Assembly (NCBI RefSeq): GCF_003334255.1
Contig: NZ_QOWU01000042.1
DNA from: Escherichia coli
GTDB taxonomy: Bacteria > Pseudomonadota > Gammaproteobacteria > Enterobacterales > Enterobacteriaceae
DNA: 47,091 bases
Reading direction: 5' to 3' (one strand)
Part shown: piece after piece, positions 1 through 7,800 of the stretch
How the letters are laid out: the number at the start of each line of letters is the position of its first letter
Position numbering within the stretch: position 1 is the stretch's first letter
Notes under the pieces: generated by a model
What the model saw: the letters and a program-made list of their open reading frames with translations, nothing else
What the model was told of the DNA's origin: nothing
Databases searched by the model: none
Program-made: the position numbers and the translations under genes

Positions 1-70
1 GCCTGATTGCTGTTGTATGATGATGAAGCGTAAATCGCTGTATAAGTCTTTTGTTTGAGTGGAGTCAGTC

Positions 71-508
71 ATGTCAATACCTTCAAATCTTGATGTTTTT
101 AATGAAACAGTTGGTAAAACTTTTGCGTTTCTTTATGAAACTTTTCCCCGCAAAGTAACTATTGATATTTGTGCCTTAACCGGTGTTTCAGAGCTGACTT
201 TTGAAGAAGACCGATCCTCCAGGAGGCAACTAGTTGAAGCTCTTGAGCTTCGCCGTGACTCCATCGCATGGCTTGTTGATGCTGGTTATGTATCCGCTAA
301 ATCTTCTCCTCCGCATTACTTTTCTGATGCGGTTCTCACGGCCAAAGGTCTTGAATTACTTAAGCTTGATCCAGAGTCACTTAAACAATCATTTGGCGAC
401 AAGCTTGTTGATGCAGCCAAGAGTGGCTCAATGGACGCGATAAAAAGCACCGCATCATCCGCTCTTACTACTGGGTTATCCTTTGCTTTCAAAAGTCTTC
501 TTGGTTGA
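71..508 (+). CDS. hypothetical protein (145 aa), orphan gene at the inner edge of the P2-like prophage, convergent with the cox-like gene
   Basis: ORF 59..508. I prefer the ATG at 71, preceded by GGAG at 61-64. No family recognised. The C-terminal third is Ala/Ser-rich and ends in hydrophobic FAFKSLLG. An upstream same-strand ORF appears to end at TGA 56-58. Confidence 0.5.
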   Translation: MSIPSNLDVFNETVGKTFAFLYETFPRKVTIDICALTGVSELTFEEDRSSRRQLVEALELRRDSIAWLVDAGYVSAKSSPPHYFSDAVLTAKGLELLKLDPESLKQSFGDKLVDAAKSGSMDAIKSTASSALTTGLSFAFKSLLG

Positions 509-589
509 TTGTTGCGCCCCCGCATAACACCAACGATTAGATTATTTACGGCGAAATCTCCTGTTGTGGATTTCGCTGTGTGTTTGATA

Positions 590-1015
590 TTAAGCTGCTT
601 TTTTACTGATACGTTTATTCCGTGAACCAGCTGCTGGCTTAAATAAAAAAAGTCGGTTTTCCCATTCGTGCCATTCTTGCGGTGCGTTTTCAGTGAGTCG
701 ATCGCAGGCTTCATCCCATGCTTTCCGGTTGATGTAAAGTTCGGCGTTTCCGCCAGGCTTGAGAGGGTCCGCCATGTACACAGCGGGTAATTTCCCTGCT
801 TTTGCCATGCTCACGATGGCGTCAACGGTCTTGCCGATATACATCGCAAACCCTTCTTTTGACAGGAGATGAGAAGGGTTTTGTGAAAGCCTGATTTCTT
901 GGCGTTCAGGGGCTTTGCGCCCGGTCTTTTGGTGTGCGGTTTCTGGCGCATCTGTCAACTGATCGCACTGTGTTTCGGCAGGCGATTCAGGCGCGTTTTG
1001 AGTGACTTCTTGCAT
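590..1015 (-). CDS. P2 Cox-like excisionase / switch repressor with a ~47-aa N-terminal extension (141 aa)
   Basis: Start chosen at ATG 1015 (MQEVTQ), preceded by GGAGGA. The segment FAMYIGKTVDAIVSMAKAGKLPAVYMADP...ELYINRKAW parallels P2 Cox (FAKLIGKSTGAVRRMIDKGKLPVIDMTDP...YWVYLPAW) as I recall it. It is divergent from a C-type repressor, as in P2. Confidence 0.7.
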   Translation of the reverse strand: MQEVTQNAPESPAETQCDQLTDAPETAHQKTGRKAPERQEIRLSQNPSHLLSKEGFAMYIGKTVDAIVSMAKAGKLPAVYMADPLKPGGNAELYINRKAWDEACDRLTENAPQEWHEWENRLFLFKPAAGSRNKRISKKAA

Positions 1016-1122
1016 CTGGTATCCTCCGTTATTGGCCCCTTTTTCGAATAGGGACCATGTAGAACCAATTGCGACTATTCTTGTGTTGCTATACACAAAA
1101 ATTATTGGAGATTAGAAAAATT

Positions 1123-1395
1123 ATGTCAATACCGCAAAATGAGAAATTAAAACTTATCAGAGAGTCCGAACGGATGAAAATGAAGGAACTATCTGATTTA
1201 ATTGGAATTAATTACTATACATATCATGGCTATGAAAGTGGGAAATCTAAGATGCCTCTTGATTTTGGGATCCTTCTTTTGCGGCACGCTCGTTTCCGTA
1301 AATACCGTGACTGGTTTTTGTTCGATGAGGTCGAACCAAAGGCCGGGCAGGTGGTACCGGCTCTCGCACACATTGGGCAAAGCGAAGCGGAATAG
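1123..1395 (+). CDS. C-type (P2 immunity repressor-like) HTH protein, first tandem copy (90 aa), lacking the C-terminal tail
   Basis: ATG at 1123 within ORF 1069..1395. It has an XRE-like HTH (MKELSDLIGINYYTYHGYESGKS). The C-terminal 33 aa are identical to the downstream C protein because of a 100-bp perfect repeat. The stop TAG lies at the repeat boundary. Confidence 0.7.
   Translation: MSIPQNEKLKLIRESERMKMKELSDLIGINYYTYHGYESGKSKMPLDFGILLLRHARFRKYRDWFLFDEVEPKAGQVVPALAHIGQSEAE
1294..1393 (+). repeat. 100-bp perfect direct repeat, copy 1 (3' coding block of the C' gene)
   Basis: ttccgtaaataccgtgactgg...gcaaagcgaagcggaat is identical base for base to 1678..1777, at an offset of 384 bp. Confidence 0.95.
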
Positions 1396-1506
1396 TTCAT
1401 CTGATACCCTCCGTTATTGGTGCTATTTCTATTAGCACTAGTTAGAGCCGCCTAGATTGTCTATAGGTGTGTTTATTGATGCATAAACTAAGAGAGTTAA
1501 CTTACT

Positions 1507-1806
1507 ATGTCAACTAACGTAGGTGAAAAAATTAGAATCATGCGTAAGTCTGAAATGCTTACACAAGAAAAAATGGCTGAAATTACAGGGCTCACGGTAG
1601 CGGCCCTGCGTCAATATGAACAGGGGAGAAATGAGCCAAATCTTGAATCCACAAAAAAGCTGCTCAAGTCTCCCGTCTTCCGTAAATACCGTGACTGGTT
1701 TTTGTTCGATGAGGTCGAACCAAAGGCCGGGCAGGTGGTACCGGCTCTCGCACACATTGGGCAAAGCGAAGCGGAATCATCCCACTCCGGCAAGAAGACT
1801 GGTTAA
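1507..1806 (+). CDS. P2 C-like immunity repressor (99 aa), second tandem copy, full length
   Basis: It has the same length as P2 C and resembles it closely as recalled. P2 C: MSNTISEKIVLMRKSE...APALAHFGQNETTSPHSGQKTG. Here: MSTNVGEKIRIMRKSE...VPALAHIGQSEAESSHSGKKTG. It lies directly upstream of int, as in P2. Confidence 0.85.
   Translation: MSTNVGEKIRIMRKSEMLTQEKMAEITGLTVAALRQYEQGRNEPNLESTKKLLKSPVFRKYRDWFLFDEVEPKAGQVVPALAHIGQSEAESSHSGKKTG
1678..1777 (+). repeat. 100-bp perfect direct repeat, copy 2 (inside the C gene)
   Basis: Identical to 1294..1393. Confidence 0.95.
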
Positions 1807-1872
1807 CGGTCCATCTGGCTTTTATTTCTCAAAATTGTGATCAAGATGATGTTTTCATTGGGGGGCTTCCTT

Positions 1873-2868
1873 ATGTCGATTAAGAAGCTCGCTGATGGCA
1901 AATACTGTGTGGACGTGCGGCCTGCTGGATCTGAAGGAAGAAGATTTCGGCGGCGATTTCCTACCCGTGGTGAAGCGGCGATGTATGAACGCCATGTTCT
2001 GACGCATTATCACGATAAGGACTGGGTCGAAAAACCTATTGAACGTAAAGCGTTAAGCGATCTTCTGGAACTGTGGTGGGTGTACCACGGTAAGAATCAT
2101 CGTTATGGCGCGATGAATCGGGTCAGAATTGAAGCGGTTCTTCGTGATATGCAAGAGCTTGGTATTAACAGAAGTGACCACTTAACCCGAAAAAATATTA
2201 TCAGATATCGCCTTGAATTAATGAATCGCGGAATTAAGCAGTCAACGGTAAATCGTTATTGTGCAATGATGAGCGGTTTCTTTGAAAAGCTGATTGATGT
2301 TGAAGAGTTTGTGGGTGATAACCCATTTCACGAGATACGCAAGCTAACAATTAATCAGCCGGAAATGGCTTATCTTGCACATGATGATATTCCCAGGCTA
2401 ACCGCACTTTTATCTGGCGATAATCTTAAGGCTGTATTGTTAAGCCTGGCTACAGGCGGACGCTGGGGTGAAGTTGCCAATATTAAAGGTGAACACATAA
2501 TTGGTGGGAAGGTTATTTTCATGGAGACAAAGAATGGATCGCGGCGGGTTATTCCTATAGCTAAAGATCTTGAATCTCTGATTAAAGTCAAAGCGACGGG
2601 AAGATTAATGAACCCCAGTTATGCGATAGTCAGAAGTGCAATAAGGACTGTGCGGCCTGATTTACCAGTCGGTCAGTCTGTGCATGTTTTACGGCACACA
2701 TTCGCAACTCATTTCATGATAAATGGAGGGAACATTATTACCCTTCAGCGTATTTTAGGGCACAGCACAATTCAGCAGACAATGACCTATGCGCACTTTG
2801 CACCTGATTATCTCCAGGACGCGGTAAGGTTCAATCCGGTTGCGGAGTTGTCCAGATTTTGCCCATAA
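1873..2868 (+). CDS. int: P2-family tyrosine integrase (331 aa)
   Basis: Start at MSIKKLADGKYCVDVRP (P2 Int begins MAIKKLDDGRYEVDIRP). The C-terminal HVLRHTFATHFMINGGNIITLQRILGHSTIQQTMTYAHFAPDYLQDA is almost identical to the P2 Int catalytic region as recalled (R..HxxR..Y). Confidence 0.92.
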   Translation: MSIKKLADGKYCVDVRPAGSEGRRFRRRFPTRGEAAMYERHVLTHYHDKDWVEKPIERKALSDLLELWWVYHGKNHRYGAMNRVRIEAVLRDMQELGINRSDHLTRKNIIRYRLELMNRGIKQSTVNRYCAMMSGFFEKLIDVEEFVGDNPFHEIRKLTINQPEMAYLAHDDIPRLTALLSGDNLKAVLLSLATGGRWGEVANIKGEHIIGGKVIFMETKNGSRRVIPIAKDLESLIKVKATGRLMNPSYAIVRSAIRTVRPDLPVGQSVHVLRHTFATHFMINGGNIITLQRILGHSTIQQTMTYAHFAPDYLQDAVRFNPVAELSRFCP

Positions 2869-2958
2869 ACGGGGACTAAATGGCACGATTTTGAACCACT
2901 TTGAACTTGTAACTATTTGATATATCAAGGGGTAGTGCGGTACACGCTACCCCCTTAT

Positions 2959-2982
2959 GCCACCTTCGGGTGGCGTTGTTTT
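2959..2982 (+). terminator. Rho-independent terminator downstream of int
   Basis: gccacc-ttcg-ggtggc hairpin (2959-2974) followed by gttgtttt. It is preceded by a second 9-bp-stem hairpin, ggggtagtg...cgctacccc, at 2929-2953. Confidence 0.7.
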
Positions 2983-3269
2983 ATGCGATGTATCTCGCGA
3001 TTTTTTTTTGTAACTTTTCCATCTTTTGCTTTTCTCTCCGAGCCGCTTTCCATATCTGCAATCGCATAAAAAACTCTGCTGGCGTTCACAAATGTGCAGG
3101 GGTAAAACGGGGGCACGCTTTGAACGGTGAGTATGAGTGAGGTCGGCTAACTTCCAGCAAGTGGCTATGAACAGCAAAATGGTGGTCGGGTTTGCTTGTT
3201 CTTACCGTTCAAGCCTTGCAACCGCTGAGAATAATGATGGTGGAATAGAGAGTTTATTTATCGCGGGCA

Positions 3270-3309
3270 TAAAAAAACCCTTACTAACCGAAGCCCGGCG
3301 TTCAGGGTT
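3270..3309 (-). terminator. ppa terminator
   Basis: On the minus strand an aaccct...agggtt stem (3276-3281 / 3304-3309) is followed by a run of U (A-run 3271-3277 on the plus strand), just after the ppa stop. Confidence 0.7.
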
Positions 3310-3325
3310 ATTGCGCTAGAAGAAC

Positions 3326-3856
3326 TTATTTATTCTTTGCGCGCTCGAAGGAAGCAACGATTTCAGCTTTAGCGGCTTCTGCGTTTTCCCAACCTTCAAC
3401 TTTCACCCACTTGCCTTTTTCGAGGTCTTTGTAGTGCTCGAAGAAGTGAGCGATCTGCGCTTTCAGCAGCTCTGGCAGATCGTTAACGTCTTTAATGTGA
3501 TCGTATTCTTTGCTCAGCTTTGTGTGCGGAACAGCAATCAGTTTCGCATCTTCACCGGCTTCGTCGGTCATTTTCAGAACGCCAACCGGACGGCAACGGA
3601 TCACAGAACCCGGCTGCAGCGGGTACGGAGTCGGGACCAGTACGTCAACCGGGTCACCGTCCAGAGACAGGGTGTGGTTGATGTAACCGTAGTTGCACGG
3701 ATAGAACATCGCGGTGGACATGAAGCGGTCAACGAACAGTGCGCCGCTCTCTTTGTCGATTTCGTATTTGATCGGATCTGCGTTAGCCGGGATCTCAATA
3801 ACAACGTAGATGTCTTCCGGCAGATCTTTACCCGCAGGGACGTTGAGTAAGCTCAT
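3326..3856 (-). CDS. ppa: inorganic pyrophosphatase
   Basis: The 176-aa product [45 protein letters not shown]... matches E. coli Ppa. Confidence 0.98.
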   Translation of the reverse strand: MSLLNVPAGKDLPEDIYVVIEIPANADPIKYEIDKESGALFVDRFMSTAMFYPCNYGYINHTLSLDGDPVDVLVPTPYPLQPGSVIRCRPVGVLKMTDEAGEDAKLIAVPHTKLSKEYDHIKDVNDLPELLKAQIAHFFEHYKDLEKGKWVKVEGWENAEAAKAEIVASFERAKNK

Positions 3857-4165
3857 GTCTGTTTCCTTTAAAAATATGTGGCAAACAAGTGCCGAGTATT
3901 ATAGCCAACTCGCGCCGAATGTCTTCGCTTGTTTTCGTCTTCATTTTCCTTTTTCGCCAATTTTAAGACGGTATACAGAGCAGGAAAATCCATAACCGTA
4001 GCCGCATTTTTCATAGTGAGATGAAAGCGATTACAAACTTGTGATTAACGTTTTATTTACTTCTTTGAAGTGTGATGTAACGCAATCCGTTACATAACGA
4101 ATTGTCTATAGTTTTTTCGCGAACATCTTTTCACCAATAATAATTACCCCGACGAGGACAACCCT

Positions 4166-5122
4166 ATGTGGAAACGCTTACTTGTAGTCTCTGCAGTCTC
4201 GGCAGCCATGTCGTCTATGGCGTTGGCCGCTCCATTAACCGTAGGATTTTCGCAGGTCGGATCGGAATCTGGCTGGCGCGCCGCAGAAACCAATGTGGCG
4301 AAAAGTGAGGCCGAAAAACGCGGAATTACGCTGAAAATTGCCGATGGTCAGCAAAAGCAGGAAAACCAGATTAAAGCGGTACGTTCCTTCGTCGCGCAAG
4401 GGGTGGATGCGATCTTTATCGCTCCGGTGGTTGCGACTGGTTGGGAACCGGTATTAAAAGAGGCGAAAGATGCCGAAATCCCGGTCTTCTTGCTCGATCG
4501 TTCTATTGATGTGAAAGACAAATCTCTCTATATGACCACCGTCACTGCCGACAACATTCTCGAAGGCAAGTTGATTGGTGACTGGCTGGTAAAAGAAGTG
4601 AATGGCAAACCATGCAACGTGGTGGAGCTGCAGGGCACTGTTGGGGCCAGCGTCGCCATTGACCGTAAGAAAGGCTTTGCCGAAGCCATTAAGAATGCGC
4701 CAAATATCAAAATTATCCGCTCGCAGTCAGGTGACTTCACCCGCAGTAAAGGCAAAGAAGTCATGGAGAGCTTTATCAAAGCGGAAAACAACGGCAAAAA
4801 CATCTGCATGGTTTACGCCCATAACGACGACATGGTGATTGGTGCAATTCAGGCAATTAAAGAAGCGGGCCTGAAACCAGGCAAAGATATTCTGACAGGT
4901 TCTATCGACGGCGTACCGGATATCTACAAAGCGATGATTGATGGCGAAGCGAACGCCAGTGTTGAACTGACGCCGAATATGGCAGGTCCCGCCTTCGACG
5001 CGCTGGAGAAATACAAAAAAGACGGCACCATGCCTGAAAAGCTGACGCTGACCAAATCCACCCTTTATCTGCCTGATACCGCAAAAGAAGAGTTAGAGAA
5101 GAAGAAAAATATGGGGTATTGA
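4166..5122 (+). CDS. ytfQ: galactofuranose ABC transporter periplasmic binding protein
   Basis: 318 aa with a signal peptide. Matches K-12 YtfQ and is followed by ytfR, ytfT and yjfF. Confidence 0.96.
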   Translation: MWKRLLVVSAVSAAMSSMALAAPLTVGFSQVGSESGWRAAETNVAKSEAEKRGITLKIADGQQKQENQIKAVRSFVAQGVDAIFIAPVVATGWEPVLKEAKDAEIPVFLLDRSIDVKDKSLYMTTVTADNILEGKLIGDWLVKEVNGKPCNVVELQGTVGASVAIDRKKGFAEAIKNAPNIKIIRSQSGDFTRSKGKEVMESFIKAENNGKNICMVYAHNDDMVIGAIQAIKEAGLKPGKDILTGSIDGVPDIYKAMIDGEANASVELTPNMAGPAFDALEKYKKDGTMPEKLTLTKSTLYLPDTAKEELEKKKNMGY

Positions 5123-5132
5123 GGGTTGCTAT

Positions 5133-5232
5133 GCCTGATGCCGATTCGTAGGCCGGATAAGGCGCTCGCGCCGCATCCGGCGGTGGTGCGCTGAAGCCTG
5201 ATGCGACGCTTACCGCGTCTTATCATGCCTAC
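5133..5232. repeat. REP/BIME cluster (two REP units)
   Basis: gcctgatg...gtaggccggataaggcg...gccgcatccggc and gcctgatgcgacgct...gcgtcttatcatgcctac, the canonical E. coli REP palindromes. Confidence 0.9.
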
Positions 5233-5261
5233 TGGGAGCACGCTTTACACCGGGGGAAACC

Positions 5262-6764
5262 ATGACGACTAACCAACACCAGGAGATCCTCCGCACCGAA
5301 GGATTAAGTAAATTTTTCCCCGGCGTCAAAGCGTTAGACAACGTTGATTTCAGCCTGCGCCGCGGCGAAATCATGGCGCTGCTCGGTGAAAACGGGGCAG
5401 GAAAATCAACGCTAATCAAAGCATTAACTGGTGTATACCACGCCGATCGCGGCACCATCTGGCTGGAAGGCCAGGCTATCTCACCGAAAAATACCGCCCA
5501 TGCACAACAACTCGGTATCGGCACCGTCTATCAGGAAGTAAACCTGCTACCCAATATGTCGGTCGCTGATAATCTATTTATAGGCCGCGAACCCAAACGC
5601 TTCGGCCTTCTACGCCGCAAAGAGATGGAAAAGCGCGCCACCGAACTGATGGCATCTTACGGTTTCTCCCTCGACGTGCGCGAACCGCTCAACCGCTTTT
5701 CAGTCGCGATGCAGCAAATCGTCGCTATTTGCCGGGCTATCGATCTCTCTGCCAAAGTGCTGATCCTCGATGAACCCACCGCCAGTCTCGACACCCAGGA
5801 AGTGGAGTTACTGTTTGACCTGATGCGTCAGTTGCGCGATCGCGGCGTCAGCCTGATTTTTGTCACTCACTTTCTCGATCAGGTCTATCAGGTCAGCGAT
5901 CGGATCACCGTCTTACGCAACGGCAGTTTCGTAGGCTGTCGGGAAACGTGCGAGCTACCGCAGATCGAACTGGTAAAAATGATGCTGGGGCGCGAGCTGG
6001 ATACCCACGCGCTACAGCGTGCCGGGCGAACATTGTTGAGCGACAAACCCGTTGCCGCGTTCAAAAATTACGGCAAAAAAGGAACGATCGCACCGTTTGA
6101 TCTCGAAGTACGCCCCGGCGAGATCGTCGGTCTGGCTGGATTGCTGGGATCAGGACGTACCGAAACCGCCGAAGTGATCTTCGGTATCAAACCTGCTGAC
6201 AGCGGCACGGCGTTGATCAAAGGCAAACCGCAAAACCTGCGATCGCCACATCAGGCTTCGGTACTGGGCATTGGCTTCTGCCCGGAAGACAGGAAAACCG
6301 ATGGCATCATCGCTGCCGCCTCGGTGCGGGAAAATATCATCCTCGCTCTCCAGGCCCAGCGCGGCTGGCTACGTCCCATTTCCCGCAAAGAACAGCAAGA
6401 GATTGCCGAACGCTTTATCCGCCAGCTTGGCATTCGCACACCTTCAACTGAACAACCGATTGAATTTCTCTCTGGCGGCAATCAGCAAAAAGTGTTGCTT
6501 TCACGTTGGCTACTGACCCGACCGCAATTTCTGATCCTTGATGAGCCAACTCGCGGCATTGATGTTGGTGCCCACGCCGAGATCATCCGCCTGATTGAAA
6601 CGCTATGCGCCGATGGTCTGGCGCTGCTGGTGATCTCCTCCGAACTGGAAGAACTGGTGGGCTATGCCGACCGGGTGATCATCATGCGCGATCGCAAACA
6701 GGTGGCGGAGATCCCGCTGGCAGAGCTTTCCGTTCCGGCGATCATGAACGCCATTGCGGCGTAA
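5262..6764 (+). CDS. ytfR: galactofuranose ABC transporter ATP-binding protein (two ABC domains)
   Basis: 500 aa. Walker A GENGAGKST, signature LSGGNQQK. Matches K-12 YtfR. Confidence 0.96.
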   Translation: MTTNQHQEILRTEGLSKFFPGVKALDNVDFSLRRGEIMALLGENGAGKSTLIKALTGVYHADRGTIWLEGQAISPKNTAHAQQLGIGTVYQEVNLLPNMSVADNLFIGREPKRFGLLRRKEMEKRATELMASYGFSLDVREPLNRFSVAMQQIVAICRAIDLSAKVLILDEPTASLDTQEVELLFDLMRQLRDRGVSLIFVTHFLDQVYQVSDRITVLRNGSFVGCRETCELPQIELVKMMLGRELDTHALQRAGRTLLSDKPVAAFKNYGKKGTIAPFDLEVRPGEIVGLAGLLGSGRTETAEVIFGIKPADSGTALIKGKPQNLRSPHQASVLGIGFCPEDRKTDGIIAAASVRENIILALQAQRGWLRPISRKEQQEIAERFIRQLGIRTPSTEQPIEFLSGGNQQKVLLSRWLLTRPQFLILDEPTRGIDVGAHAEIIRLIETLCADGLALLVISSELEELVGYADRVIIMRDRKQVAEIPLAELSVPAIMNAIAA

Positions 6765-6774
6765 GGAGAACAGT

Positions 6775-7800
6775 GTGATGCCTCAATCTCTCCCGGACAC
6801 TACGCCGCCGAAAAGGCGCTTTCGCTGGCCAACGGGAATGCCGCAGCTGGCGGCACTGTTGCTGGTGCTGCTGGTCGATAGCCTGGTGGCCCCGCATTTC
6901 TGGCAGGTGGTGCTCCAGGATGGGCGTTTATTCGGTAGCCCCATAGACATTCTTAACCGTGCGGCCCCCGTTGCGCTGTTGGCTATCGGAATGACGCTGG
7001 TGATCGCAACAGGTGGGATTGATCTCTCCGTGGGGGCGGTGATGGCTATCGCCGGAGCCACAACGGCTGCGATGACGGTCGCGGGATTCAGCCTGCCGAT
7101 TGTTTTGTTAAGCGCCCTGGGCACTGGCATCCTGGCGGGATTGTGGAACGGCATACTGGTAGCGATCCTCAAAATTCAGCCGTTTGTTGCCACCCTGATC
7201 CTGATGGTCGCCGGGCGCGGCGTGGCGCAACTGATCACCTCCGGACAGATCGTCACGTTTAACTCGCCGGATCTCTCATGGTTTGGCAGTGGATCGCTGT
7301 TGTTCCTGCCAACGCCGGTCATTATCGCGGTGCTGACGCTTATCCTGTTCTGGCTGTTGACCCGCAAAACGGCGCTGGGGATGTTTATCGAAGCCGTTGG
7401 TATCAACATTCGGGCGGCAAAAAATGCCGGGGTAAACACGCGGATCATCGTCATGCTTACCTACGTGTTGAGCGGGCTGTGTGCGGCGATTGCGGGCATT
7501 ATCGTGGCGGCGGATATTCGCGGTGCCGATGCCAATAACGCCGGGTTATGGCTGGAGCTGGACGCCATTCTCGCGGTGGTTATTGGCGGCGGATCGCTGA
7601 TGGGCGGACGTTTTAACCTACTGCTTTCGGTGGTGGGGGCGCTGATTATTCAGGGGATGAACACCGGAATTTTGCTTTCGGGCTTTCCGCCAGAGATGAA
7701 CCAGGTTGTAAAAGCGGTGGTGGTTCTTTGCGTGCTGATTGTCCAGTCGCAACGCTTTATCAGTCTGATTAAAGGAGTACGTAGCCGTGATAAAACGTAA
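6775..7800 (+). CDS. ytfT: galactofuranose ABC transporter permease
   Basis: Start placed at GTG 6775 (or ATG 6778) after AAGGAG at 6763-6768. The polytopic membrane protein matches K-12 YtfT. Confidence 0.93.
   Translation: MMPQSLPDTTPPKRRFRWPTGMPQLAALLLVLLVDSLVAPHFWQVVLQDGRLFGSPIDILNRAAPVALLAIGMTLVIATGGIDLSVGAVMAIAGATTAAMTVAGFSLPIVLLSALGTGILAGLWNGILVAILKIQPFVATLILMVAGRGVAQLITSGQIVTFNSPDLSWFGSGSLLFLPTPVIIAVLTLILFWLLTRKTALGMFIEAVGINIRAAKNAGVNTRIIVMLTYVLSGLCAAIAGIIVAADIRGADANNAGLWLELDAILAVVIGGGSLMGGRFNLLLSVVGALIIQGMNTGILLSGFPPEMNQVVKAVVVLCVLIVQSQRFISLIKGVRSRDKT

Noticed and set aside
1230-1400. 56-codon minus-strand ORF headed by the orphan cox-type SD and ATG.
   Set aside because: It is probably a by-product of the module duplication. 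It is antisense to C' and has an Arg/Cys/Ser-rich, non-protein-like sequence. It is mentioned under the tandem-module finding but not called as a gene.
1198-1840. Pairs of near-identical small ORFs: 1198-1380 and 1510-1764 on the minus strand, and 1202-1435 and 1616-1840 on the plus strand.
   Set aside because: They appear twice only because they cross the 100-bp repeat. They are antisense or out of frame relative to the two C-type repressor genes.
2947-3177. 76-aa minus-strand ORF in the int-ppa junction, and a 28-codon basic mini-ORF (about 2984-3070, minus strand).
   Set aside because: Neither has an SD. The long ORF runs through two terminator hairpins, and there is no supporting signal for either.
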